Source: Candidatus Multivoradales bacterium
Lineage (GTDB): Bacteria > Acidobacteriota > Thermoanaerobaculia > Multivoradales > Multivoraceae
Assembly (NCBI GenBank): GCA_965223325.1
Contig: CBDCWI010000002.1
Location: forward strand, 2,272,001-2,336,000
Direction: 5' to 3'
DNA: 64,000 nt
Part shown: one piece after another, positions 10,456 to 19,507 of the stretch
Layout of the letters: the number at the start of each line of letters is the position of its first letter
Numbering within the stretch: the stretch's first letter is position 1
Notes under the pieces: generated by a model
Databases searched by the model: none
Told to the model about the DNA's origin: nothing
Seen by the model: the letters and a program-made list of their open reading frames with translations, nothing else
Made by a program: the position numbers and the translations under genes

Positions 10456-11271
10456 TCACTCTTCGACCAACTCGGCAGCACGCCGTTTGGCCTCGACGAT
10501 CGCCTTGATCAGGGTCACCCGCAGCCCCCCATCCTCGAGCTCGAGAATGCCGTCGACGGTACAGCCCGCCGGCGTCGTGACCTCGTCTTTGAGCAAAGCC
10601 GGATGCTTGCCGGTCTCGAGCACCATGCGCGCCGCGCCGAGGCAGGTCTGGGCCGCCAGCTCGATGGCCTGCGAGCGCGGTAGCCCGACCTTGACGCCGC
10701 CATCGGCCAGGGCCTCGATGACGATGTAGAGAAAGGCCGGGCCGCTGGCAGAAAGCCCGGTTACCGCGTCCATGTTCTTCTCGTCGACGGCGATCGTGCG
10801 CCCCAACGGCTCGAAGAGGCTGCGCACATCTTCGACCACTTCGTCGTCGGCGTGGGTCCCAGCACACAGCGCGGTCATGCCGGCTGAAATCAGCGTTGGC
10901 GTATTGGGCATCGCCCGCACCACCGGCACCCGCTCGCTCAGCCGGCGTTCAATGTAGCCGGTGGTCACCGACGCCAGAATCGACACCAGAACCTGGTCTT
11001 CGTGCAGCTCGTCGCGCAACTCAGACAAGACTCCGTCGGCCACCTGCGGTTTGACACATAACAGCACCAGGTCGGCACCAGCAACTGCCTCGATGTTGGT
11101 GTCGCAGATCTCGACGCCAAGCTCCTCGTGCACGGTCTGCCGGCGAACGTCGCGCCGCGCGGTGGCCACGATCTGCCCGGCAGACATCTCCGAACGCGCC
11201 AGGAGCCCGCGGATCAACGTCTCCCCCATCTTGCCGGCGCCGATAACAGCGATTCGCTGAAAGTCACTCAT
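10456..11271 (-). CDS. proC: Pyrroline-5-carboxylate reductase
   Basis: IGAGKMG, VRAMPNTP, TGLSASGPAF, VTTPAGCT. Confidence 0.96.
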   Translation of the reverse strand: MSDFQRIAVIGAGKMGETLIRGLLARSEMSAGQIVATARRDVRRQTVHEELGVEICDTNIEAVAGADLVLLCVKPQVADGVLSELRDELHEDQVLVSILASVTTGYIERRLSERVPVVRAMPNTPTLISAGMTALCAGTHADDEVVEDVRSLFEPLGRTIAVDEKNMDAVTGLSASGPAFLYIVIEALADGGVKVGLPRSQAIELAAQTCLGAARMVLETGKHPALLKDEVTTPAGCTVDGILELEDGGLRVTLIKAIVEAKRRAAELVEE

Positions 11272-11366
11272 GATCTCGAGATGCTAGCCGACGGCGCTCC
11301 AAAGGGCCCCGGCGCTACCATGACGGGAACCAAACAACTCGTGACTCCGGGAGGGCACCAACTGAC

Positions 11367-11840
11367 ATGACCGACCTCAAAGACATCGCGCCCGACTTCG
11401 TCGACATGGCACACCGCATCGTGTGGTGCACTGCTGCAACCGTCGATACCGCCGGGAAGCCCCGCACCAGGGTCCTCCACCCGATCTGGGAGTGGGACGG
11501 TGAGGACCTGGTCGGCTGGATCGCCACCAGCCCGCAGTCGCTCAAGGCACGCCATCTGGCGGAAACGCCGCAGCTCTCCTGCACCTATTGGGTGCCGGAG
11601 CAGGACACCTGCAGCGCCGACTGCGATGTCACCTGGCAGAACAGTGCCGAGGAGCGCCAAGCGGGCTGGGACCGCTTCAAGAACGCGGCGGCGCCGGTGG
11701 GCTACGACCCCGGCATGATCCCCGGCTGGGCACCAGACGCCGAGAGCTTCGGCATTCTGAAGCTCCAGCCCTATCGGCTGCGTCTGATGCCGGGATCGGG
11801 ACTCTTGACTGGCGAAGGCGTGCTGACCTGGGCGCGCTAG
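11367..11840 (+). CDS. Pyridoxamine 5'-phosphate oxidase-like (split-barrel flavin-binding) protein
   Basis: CTAATVDTAGKPRTR, KARHLAETPQLSCTYW; GGAGGG RBS upstream. Confidence 0.75.
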   Translation: MTDLKDIAPDFVDMAHRIVWCTAATVDTAGKPRTRVLHPIWEWDGEDLVGWIATSPQSLKARHLAETPQLSCTYWVPEQDTCSADCDVTWQNSAEERQAGWDRFKNAAAPVGYDPGMIPGWAPDAESFGILKLQPYRLRLMPGSGLLTGEGVLTWAR

Positions 11841-11874
11841 CGGCCTGACCCTGACTCCGTGGAAGGAGCGCGGA

Positions 11875-14442
11875 TTGAAGAGCATCACTTCGGGCCCCGC
11901 GGCATGGGCCCAGACTGCGTGCTCACCCGTCTTGCCCCGGGCGACGTTCTTCCAGGCGCTCGCCACCCTGCTCCTGCCCCTTCTCCTGCCGCTGACTCTG
12001 GCGGCGCACGGCCAGCTTACCCAGGTGGCGATCCCACCGAGCTACGACCAGGTGTGGCTCGACGAGCTCGGACCCTTCATCCAGGACGACGAGCGCACTC
12101 TCTATCTTTCCCTCGGGAGCAGCAAGCTACGCCAGGAGTTCAGGCGCCAATACCTGGTCGCTCGCGACCCAACACCCTCAATCTTCATCAACCCGGCCAA
12201 GCTCGAGCTCGATCACCATCTGTTTACCGCCCGAAAGCGCGGTCTGCCGCCAACCGACCTGCGCAGCCAACTCCTCCTGCTTCACGGTCCACCACAACGC
12301 CTCTATCGGCACGGCGGCTGCGGAGTTCGACTGCCTGAAGAGAAGGCCGCTGAGTCGCAATGCGTTGTCGCGTCGACCTTCGAGCTCTACGACTTCGGGG
12401 CCAACATGCCCCCGGGTAAGCCAGTCCTTTTTGTCAGCACCGAGGACGGCTGCCAGCTGTACGGAAACACCATCCGACCTCCCTTCCACTTCCGCGCTCT
12501 CTCGCGGGTCACCTGCCAGAAGGACGGCTACCACCTGCTCGACGGTCAGCTGCGGTCGGCGACCCGCGGCGCGCTGGAGTGGCAGGACATCGAAAAGACC
12601 GGTCTGCGCCTGCCTGCCCATCCAGAGTGGCCCGCATCCTTTTCGCCTGACGCAAACGATGTCAACCGTTCGGCTCTGGCTCTCGAGGTCGCCGAAATCC
12701 AAGCGCCCGAGGAGCCGCCGACAAACTCATCGACCTGGCACCTGAAGGCGGTCCTGCGGGTCCGGCCGCCCCGAGCCTGGCGTGACGTGGGGCAGCCCTG
12801 GCACCACCTGTTGGTTCGAACCTACGCTTTTTCCGGGTCGCGGCTCGTGGGTCGCTTCGACCAGGATGGAACTTTCTTCCCGCGTCACGAAGCGCACGGC
12901 GACAGTACACCGCTTGCCCTCGGGCTCACGCTCTCGCTCCCACCGGGAGATCTGACCCTGGTGACCCACGTTGAAGACGAAGGCGCGATGCTCTTTGAAA
13001 CCGCCGCCTTCGCATTCAACGCCGAGGTGGGCGAACCCGGAGGAGCGACCGCCGAGGCGTTACACCGTTCTTCCATTTTCGGCGACCGATCGGCACGCGC
13101 CGCCATGCAAGAACCCGCCCTGGCGATCGCTCCCGTCCCCGGCCCAGTACGTGGAGTGCGACCGGTCTCGCTCGCAGAATCGACGGGGATCGAACGCGTC
13201 GTGTACTCGCTCGACGGAATCGACGTCGCCAGGTCGGACACAGCGCCCTTCGAGGCGCTGGTCGACTTCGGCTCCCTGCCGCGCCCGATGGAACTCGCGG
13301 CACGTGGCTACCGAGAGAGCACCCTGGTCGCCCGACAGCAGCTGACCGTCAACCAGGGGCTGCACCACTTCGACCTCGACCTCAGTCTGCAGCCCGGCGA
13401 CGACGGGGTGCTGGTCGCGGGTCGCACGGCGCTTCCAGCCGGCGCGTCGTTCGAAGGCATCGAGCTTGACGTCAACGGTGAACCTACGCGGAGCTTCGAC
13501 ACTCCTACTTTCACCTTTCGGCCAGAGCTCGACCTCAGCCGTCACGAGACCTCGTTCGTGCGTGCGACAGCAAGGCTCGCGGACGGTCGCACCGTCGAGG
13601 ACACGGTCCTTTTGTCCGAGCTCGAGCACGACGAGGTCGATGTCGAACTGGTCGAGGTGTTCGTCAAGGCAACGCGCGGTCGAGGCACTGCCGTCGCCGA
13701 CCTCACAGCGGCCGATCTCGACATCTTCGAGCTGGGGGTCAAGCAGGAGATCCACAGCTTCGAACGCGTCCAGGACGTGCCCATCCATGTCGTCTTGCTT
13801 CTCGACACCTCGCACACCATGAGGGACAACCTCGAGCGGCTTCGGGAAACCGGCGTCGCATTTCTCAGGGACCTCATCCAGGAGGACGACCAGGCGGCAA
13901 TCATCACTTTCAACCATCGGGCCCGCGTGGCGACACCGTTCACAGGCGATCTCGAGACCCTCGAAATCGCCAGCCAGTCGCTGCGTAGCTGGGGCGGCAC
14001 GGCTCTCTTCGACAGCGCCGTGATGGCGCTCTACTACCTGCGAGGGCTCGAAGGAAAGAAGGCTCTCCTCCTGGTGAGCGACGGTGTCGAAGAAAGCTCG
14101 GACCTCGAGTTCTCGCAACTCATCGAGTACGCCGAGCGCGTCGACACCTCGGTCTACACCCTCGGCGTCGGAACCAACGACGGCTTTGAGCAGACGACTT
14201 CCAGCCGCGCCCGCCGCCATCTCAAACAACTCGCTGCGCGCACGGGCGGCGTATCGTTTCGCATCAAGCGCGCGAGTGAACTCGAGCGCGCCTTCCAGCG
14301 CATCGCAAGCGACCTCAGGACGCAGTACATCGTCACCTACCAGAGTCAGGCGGGGAACGGTGACCGGGAGTACCGAACCATTGAAGTGCGTCCGAAGAAG
14401 CCCGGCATCAAGATTGAAGCCCGCCCCGGCTACTATCCATGA
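11875..14442 (+). CDS. Secreted protein with degenerate GWxTD-like N-domain, Ig-like segments and C-terminal acidobacterial-type VWA domain
   Basis: Signal peptide; ARDPTP...LLHGPP; LLLDTSHTM (MIDAS-like), TALFDS, KKALLLVSDG, LRTQYIVTY, ARPGYY end. Confidence 0.8.
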   Translation: MKSITSGPAAWAQTACSPVLPRATFFQALATLLLPLLLPLTLAAHGQLTQVAIPPSYDQVWLDELGPFIQDDERTLYLSLGSSKLRQEFRRQYLVARDPTPSIFINPAKLELDHHLFTARKRGLPPTDLRSQLLLLHGPPQRLYRHGGCGVRLPEEKAAESQCVVASTFELYDFGANMPPGKPVLFVSTEDGCQLYGNTIRPPFHFRALSRVTCQKDGYHLLDGQLRSATRGALEWQDIEKTGLRLPAHPEWPASFSPDANDVNRSALALEVAEIQAPEEPPTNSSTWHLKAVLRVRPPRAWRDVGQPWHHLLVRTYAFSGSRLVGRFDQDGTFFPRHEAHGDSTPLALGLTLSLPPGDLTLVTHVEDEGAMLFETAAFAFNAEVGEPGGATAEALHRSSIFGDRSARAAMQEPALAIAPVPGPVRGVRPVSLAESTGIERVVYSLDGIDVARSDTAPFEALVDFGSLPRPMELAARGYRESTLVARQQLTVNQGLHHFDLDLSLQPGDDGVLVAGRTALPAGASFEGIELDVNGEPTRSFDTPTFTFRPELDLSRHETSFVRATARLADGRTVEDTVLLSELEHDEVDVELVEVFVKATRGRGTAVADLTAADLDIFELGVKQEIHSFERVQDVPIHVVLLLDTSHTMRDNLERLRETGVAFLRDLIQEDDQAAIITFNHRARVATPFTGDLETLEIASQSLRSWGGTALFDSAVMALYYLRGLEGKKALLLVSDGVEESSDLEFSQLIEYAERVDTSVYTLGVGTNDGFEQTTSSRARRHLKQLAARTGGVSFRIKRASELERAFQRIASDLRTQYIVTYQSQAGNGDREYRTIEVRPKKPGIKIEARPGYYP

Positions 14443-14492
14443 GACAACAGATCCCATGAGACACAGACCCCACCGATCTCTGGAGCCAACTC

Positions 14493-16451
14493 ATGCACGA
14501 GCATTCTCATGTCGCAAGCCCCCACAGCCCGCGGCAGGCCCGAATCGTCCTCTCCGCCTTCGTCCTCTTTGCGTTGGCGGCGACCGCTTCGGTGGCGCAG
14601 ATTCACGAAGTCACCGATGAGGTGCGGCGCGCGCGCCTGACGGAGGCCGCTGCTCACCAGCGCATGGTGATGGTGCCGATGCGCGACGGCGTCCATCTTG
14701 CCAGCGAGATCTACACTCCGAAGAACAGCGACGGCCCGTTCCCGGTGATCTTCTGGCGCACGCCCTACAACTTCTCACCACTCGCCGGCTCCAACCCCAG
14801 TCGCCCCAACGCGCTGCTCAAGTTCGCCCTCGATGCCGTCGAGCGCGGCTACGCCTTCGTGGTGCAGAACGAGCGCGGCAAGTTCTTCTCCGAAGGGGAG
14901 TGGGAGATCCTCGGCTTTCCGCGCACCGACGGCTACGACGCTCTGACCTGGCTGGCCGACCAACCCTGGTCGACCGGCAAGGTTGCCACCCTCGGTTGCT
15001 CCTCGACCGCCGAGTGGCAAATGGCGCTCGCCGCCATGAACCACCCCGCCCATGCCGCAGCAGTTCCCATGGCACAGGGCGCCGGCATCGGCCGCATGGG
15101 GCCGTTCTTCGAGCAGGGCAACTTCTTTCGCGGTGGCGCGATCCAGATGCCAATGGCCTCATGGCTCTACGGCACCCAGAACACGCAGCGCCCGACATTC
15201 CCCGACGACACAACGCGCGAAGACCTGATCCGGCTGGCAACCTACTTCGATCTCGCCCCCCGCATGCCGCCGGTGGATTGGAAAAAGGCCTTCTTTCACC
15301 TACCGGTCATCGAGCTCATGGAAGCAATCGGTGGCCCCAAGGGCACCTTCGCCGAGTTCGGCAAGCGCCTGCCGGACGACCCGGCCTGGTACGACGGCGG
15401 GCTCTACCACGACAACGAAGACTTCGGCGTGCCGGCCTTATGGATGAACTCCTGGTACGACCTTTCGGTCGGTCCGAACCTGGCACTGTTTCATCACGCG
15501 CACACCAAAGCCAGCGACGAAGCGGTCCGGAACGGGCAGTACATGGTGATCGCCCCGACCCTGCACTGTGCGATGTACCGCCTCGAGGACCCCACAATGG
15601 TCGGCGACCGCGACATGGGAACCGTCGACTTCGGCCTCGACGAGATGCTGTTCTCGTTTCTCGACCGTTACATGAAAGACGAAGACACCGGCTTCGAGAC
15701 CACCTACGACCGCGTGCGCTACTACGCGATGGGTGAGAACGAGTGGCGCGGCACCAGCGACTGGCCGCCGCCAGAAGCCACCGAGCTGGTGATGTATCTC
15801 GACAGCCAGGGTTCTGCCAACAGCCTGGGAGGCGACGGCGTGCTCACCGGCAACGCTCCCGGCAAGGCGCCCGGGAAAGCCGCCCCGACTGACAGCTTCC
15901 GCTACGACCCGATGAACCCGGTTCCAACCCGCGGCGGCAACTTCTGCTGCCTCGGCGGCGAACCCGAAGGCCCCTTCGACCAGCGGTCGGTCGAAGCGCG
16001 CCACGATGTCCTGGTCTACACCAGCGAGCCGCTCGAAGAACCGCTCGACGTCGCCGGCAACATCCCCGTGACGCTCTATGTGTCCTCCGACGCGCCGGAC
16101 ACCGACTTCACCGTCAAACTGCTCGACGTCTACCCCGATGGGCGGGCGTTCAATCTCGACGACAGCATCCTGCGGGTGCGCTACCGCGAAGGCTTCGACA
16201 AGAAGGTCTTGATGACTGAGGGTGAGGTCTATGAGATCGAGCTCGGGCCTCTCGCCACGGCCAACGTCTTCGGAGTCGGCCACCGCGTACGCGTCGAAGT
16301 GTCGAGCAGCAACTTCCCGCGCTACGACCGCAATCTCAACACCGGCGGCAACAACTATGACGAAGTCGCCGCTAGGACGGCACACAACACCGTCCATCAC
16401 TCGGCGAAGTACCCCTCACGGATCGTTCTGCCGGTGCGCCCGTCGCCGTAG
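14493..16451 (+). CDS. CocE/NonD family hydrolase (alpha-amino acid ester hydrolase-like), secreted
   Basis: PMRDGVHLA, RTPY, QNERGKFFSEG, nucleophile LGCSS, C-terminal SSSNFPRYDRNLNTGG. Confidence 0.9.
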   Translation: MHEHSHVASPHSPRQARIVLSAFVLFALAATASVAQIHEVTDEVRRARLTEAAAHQRMVMVPMRDGVHLASEIYTPKNSDGPFPVIFWRTPYNFSPLAGSNPSRPNALLKFALDAVERGYAFVVQNERGKFFSEGEWEILGFPRTDGYDALTWLADQPWSTGKVATLGCSSTAEWQMALAAMNHPAHAAAVPMAQGAGIGRMGPFFEQGNFFRGGAIQMPMASWLYGTQNTQRPTFPDDTTREDLIRLATYFDLAPRMPPVDWKKAFFHLPVIELMEAIGGPKGTFAEFGKRLPDDPAWYDGGLYHDNEDFGVPALWMNSWYDLSVGPNLALFHHAHTKASDEAVRNGQYMVIAPTLHCAMYRLEDPTMVGDRDMGTVDFGLDEMLFSFLDRYMKDEDTGFETTYDRVRYYAMGENEWRGTSDWPPPEATELVMYLDSQGSANSLGGDGVLTGNAPGKAPGKAAPTDSFRYDPMNPVPTRGGNFCCLGGEPEGPFDQRSVEARHDVLVYTSEPLEEPLDVAGNIPVTLYVSSDAPDTDFTVKLLDVYPDGRAFNLDDSILRVRYREGFDKKVLMTEGEVYEIELGPLATANVFGVGHRVRVEVSSSNFPRYDRNLNTGGNNYDEVAARTAHNTVHHSAKYPSRIVLPVRPSP

Positions 16452-16458
16452 CTGAGCA

Positions 16459-17364
16459 CTAGCCAGACGCCACGGGTGCGACTTCGAGTACTTCGGCGGG
16501 AGTTTCTCGACCTGGCAGGCGATCGATGAGGTGGGCGGTGACGACGAGGACCGGCGAGAGTTCCTTGCCGTCGTCTTCCTTCATTTCACCCTTCTCGAAC
16601 GACCGCTTCTTGCCCTTGAGCCTGAGCGCCGCGGTTTGAAGGCAGCCTTGACACTTCCAGGTGTCGACGCTGACGCACCCCGGTGCCGCAGCCGGCATCG
16701 GTAGAGCGGCGAGCAATGCCTCTTCGTTGCCCTGCGCCATCGCCACGAGCTCCTCGCCAGTCTCAGGAACCGCCCAGCGGGCAAAGGATTCGTTGTAGTC
16801 ACACCAAGACGAACAACGCTCACAGAATACGTCGTCGTCGAGCGATGAGCCTGCGACGGCCATGGTGCCGAGAATGATGACCACTGCCTCGATCCCCCAG
16901 ATCGCCCACAGGAACCATCCGCTCGGCGTGAAGCCCCTGATCGAGTACCAGCCCTCGGTCGCGAGACTCGCCCCGAGTTCCCACATCACGACTGGTGACA
17001 GGGCCAGGCCCAGAAGCGTGACCTCGGAGTCTTCTACCGAACGCGAGATCAGCAGGTAGAGAAAGATCGTCCAGGAGACGTAGAAGGCCAGCAATCCAGC
17101 GAGCAGACCCCAGGCGCCGAGTAGGCCGGGCTTGCGGCATCTGGCCGCCTTGCCAGCGCGCCCGATCGCCGAACCGAGAAAGCCGGCGAGCGCCAGCACC
17201 GCGATCACCGAGATCAGGCCGACGATTGGCGAGTAGACGACGAGGTAGGAGTACATGACCGCCAGGATGATGGCGCCGACGATCGCGGTCGGCGGCACCA
17301 GGAGCCACGCCGAACCAGCGTTGCCAGAATGCTCATGGCGTCTCATGGTGTCTTCAGTTTGCAT
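16459..17364 (-). CDS. Hypothetical membrane protein (about 4 TM) with C-terminal Cys pairs
   Basis: Several hydrophobic segments, then FCERCSSWC and WKCQGC; GAGGA RBS. Confidence 0.7.
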   Translation of the reverse strand: MQTEDTMRRHEHSGNAGSAWLLVPPTAIVGAIILAVMYSYLVVYSPIVGLISVIAVLALAGFLGSAIGRAGKAARCRKPGLLGAWGLLAGLLAFYVSWTIFLYLLISRSVEDSEVTLLGLALSPVVMWELGASLATEGWYSIRGFTPSGWFLWAIWGIEAVVIILGTMAVAGSSLDDDVFCERCSSWCDYNESFARWAVPETGEELVAMAQGNEEALLAALPMPAAAPGCVSVDTWKCQGCLQTAALRLKGKKRSFEKGEMKEDDGKELSPVLVVTAHLIDRLPGRETPAEVLEVAPVASG

Positions 17365-17429
17365 CGGTGATTCCTCGTTTCATCGCGGGGTTCGCATTGT
17401 ATTGCTATTTTATCTAGATTTTCTCTTAT

Positions 17430-17484
17430 TTGACCCCCCCCCGCTAGTTCGTACAGTTTGTTCAGTCTTGACAAAACATTCTGA
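17430..17484 (+). promoter_or_regulatory. Putative sigma70 promoter (TTGACC-N16-TACAGT) with downstream imperfect palindrome, likely autoregulatory operator
   Basis: TTGACC 17430-17435, TACAGT 17452-17457, followed by TTTGTTCAGTCTTGACAAAA, in an AT-rich intergenic region. Confidence 0.45.
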
Positions 17485-17503
17485 CCGTGGGACCGTATCC
17501 ACC

Positions 17504-18022
17504 ATGGCCATGCAAGACCTCGATCCCCTCTCTGAATTCGTCGAGAGCCTCGGTCTCTCCGCCGAGGCCGACGGCCTTCCCCGCATCGCCGGCCGCATTC
17601 TCGGGCTGTTGATCGTCGAGGAGGGCCCCTTCCACTTCGACGACCTCGCCGAACGACTGCAGGTGAGCCGCGGCAGTATCAGCACCAACACGCGCTTGCT
17701 CGAAGAACGCGGCCTGCTCGAGCGTTTCACCGTGCCGGGCGACCGGCGCGACCTTTTCCGGCTGCGGGACGACACCTACACCCGGCTGCTCGAACGCAGC
17801 CTGGAGCGCCTGGAACACATGCACGCGATCATCGATCGCTGTCGCGACCGCATCGACGAGTCGCAGGAACCGGCGTGGGCACGGCTCGGCGCCATGAAGC
17901 GCTTCTATTCGATGGCGATCGAGAACACCAAAGAGATCATCCATCGCTGGCAGGCGAGCCAGGAAGGCGCCGTCCAGGAAAGCACCGCCACCACAGAGAA
18001 CGCTGCAACCGCAGCGCACTGA
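17504..18022 (+). CDS. GbsR/MarR family transcriptional regulator
   Basis: GLPRIAGRILGLL, DDLAERLQVSRGSISTNTRLLE, PGDRRDLF; start at MAMQDL. Confidence 0.88.
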   Translation: MAMQDLDPLSEFVESLGLSAEADGLPRIAGRILGLLIVEEGPFHFDDLAERLQVSRGSISTNTRLLEERGLLERFTVPGDRRDLFRLRDDTYTRLLERSLERLEHMHAIIDRCRDRIDESQEPAWARLGAMKRFYSMAIENTKEIIHRWQASQEGAVQESTATTENAATAAH

Positions 18023-18091
18023 TCGTGGTTTGAAGCGAGAGCCCCTTCGCACTCCGATCGATCCCTGACTTCTGGCACCACGAGAACCGTC

Positions 18092-19507
18092 ATGAATGAC
18101 AAGAACGAAACCGAAGCCACTCCCACCGGCAGTAGCTCAAGCCCCCGACCCGCCTGGCGGCGGTACTGGTGGATCTTGCCGATCGCAGCCGCTCTCATCG
18201 TGCTCTTCGTGCGCGCCTTGGGAACGCCCGGCGGCGACGGTCCAACAAGGACCCAGCGCGCCACTCCGGTGCGCGCGGCCGAGATCCAGCGCGGCGGGCT
18301 CAACGTTTTGTCGTCCTATGCCGGCGAACTGACCGGCGAGATCTCTGACATTGCTGCGCAGGTGCCGGGGCTCTTGAAGAGTATTCCAGCGCGCATTGGT
18401 GACCAGGTCAGGCGTGGAGACGTGCTGGCCGTCATCGACGATGTCGACCTGCGCAACCAGTACCTCGAGGCCGAGGGTCAGGTGGGAGTCGCCGAGGCCA
18501 ACGAGCTGCGCTCCGAGGCCGAGCTCGAAAGCGCCGAGGCGGAGCACTACCGCGCTACCGATCTCTACGAGCAAGACCTCTTGAGTGTTCAGGACTACGA
18601 CCGCGTCACGGCGCAACTGGCGAGCAACAAGGCGAATCTGGCGGCAGCGAAAGCACAGAGTGCACAGGCCCGCGCCCGCCTGGCTCTTCTGCGGCGGCAA
18701 CTCGAAGACTCGCGAGTGCTCGCTCCTTTCAACGGTACGGTTGCCGAGCGCTACCTCGACCGTGGCGTTCTGGTACAGCCCGGAACCCCGATTCTGCGCC
18801 TCGCCGAAGATGACTCGCTGCGCTTGCAGTTTCGGGTTCCCGAGCGCGATCTCGGCATTGTCCGGCCTGGAGTCACCTTCACCGCCACCACTGTCGCCAC
18901 CGGCGAGAGCACGTTTACCGGCACGGTACGGCGCGTTGCCGGCGAGGTCTCACGCTCTGATCGCACCGCCCTCGTCGAAGGCGAGCTCACCTCCAGCTCC
19001 GAGATCCTGAAGCCCGGCATGTACGCCCAGGTCGAGGTGCGACTGCGCGAGATTCGCGACGAACTCATCGTGCCCGACTCCTCGGTTCTCGACCGGGTAG
19101 CCGTCGACGGCACCCAGTCGACCGGCATCTTCATCGCTGATCCGAACCCCGAGACGGGCGACGGCGAGCCGGCCGAGAACGACTCGCGACTGGCAATCGC
19201 CAAATGGGTGCCGATCTCGGTCCTCGGAACGGCAGCGGGGAAGACTGCGATTCGCGGCGAGGTCGCCCCTGGGGCACTGGTTCTCACCCTCGGTCACGGA
19301 GACCTGCGCGATGAGGCTGGGGTGAGCATCGTCCAGATCGAGACCTTCGAGCTCGATATCGAGCCGGTCCATTCCGTGCCGATAGGAATCGTGCCGACCA
19401 GCGTTTCGTCTGACCGCTCGCACGACACCGACACCGAGGCCCGAACGACGCGCCGGCCCCTCTACGCAACGGCAGCTCCCGCTGGGTCGATGGCGGTGTC
19501 GCGATGA
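18092..19507 (+). CDS. RND efflux periplasmic adaptor (membrane fusion protein)
   Basis: N-terminal TM, IGDQVRRGDVLA lipoyl-like half, coiled coil, APFNGTV, LKPGMYA. Confidence 0.92.
   Translation: MNDKNETEATPTGSSSSPRPAWRRYWWILPIAAALIVLFVRALGTPGGDGPTRTQRATPVRAAEIQRGGLNVLSSYAGELTGEISDIAAQVPGLLKSIPARIGDQVRRGDVLAVIDDVDLRNQYLEAEGQVGVAEANELRSEAELESAEAEHYRATDLYEQDLLSVQDYDRVTAQLASNKANLAAAKAQSAQARARLALLRRQLEDSRVLAPFNGTVAERYLDRGVLVQPGTPILRLAEDDSLRLQFRVPERDLGIVRPGVTFTATTVATGESTFTGTVRRVAGEVSRSDRTALVEGELTSSSEILKPGMYAQVEVRLREIRDELIVPDSSVLDRVAVDGTQSTGIFIADPNPETGDGEPAENDSRLAIAKWVPISVLGTAAGKTAIRGEVAPGALVLTLGHGDLRDEAGVSIVQIETFELDIEPVHSVPIGIVPTSVSSDRSHDTDTEARTTRRPLYATAAPAGSMAVSR

Noticed and set aside
13060-16400. 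Long minus-strand ORFs (465 aa, 320 aa) and similar antisense ORFs elsewhere, e.g. 42570-43715, 61626-62792
   Set aside because: They lie opposite well-supported genes and lack motifs; codon-bias shadows.
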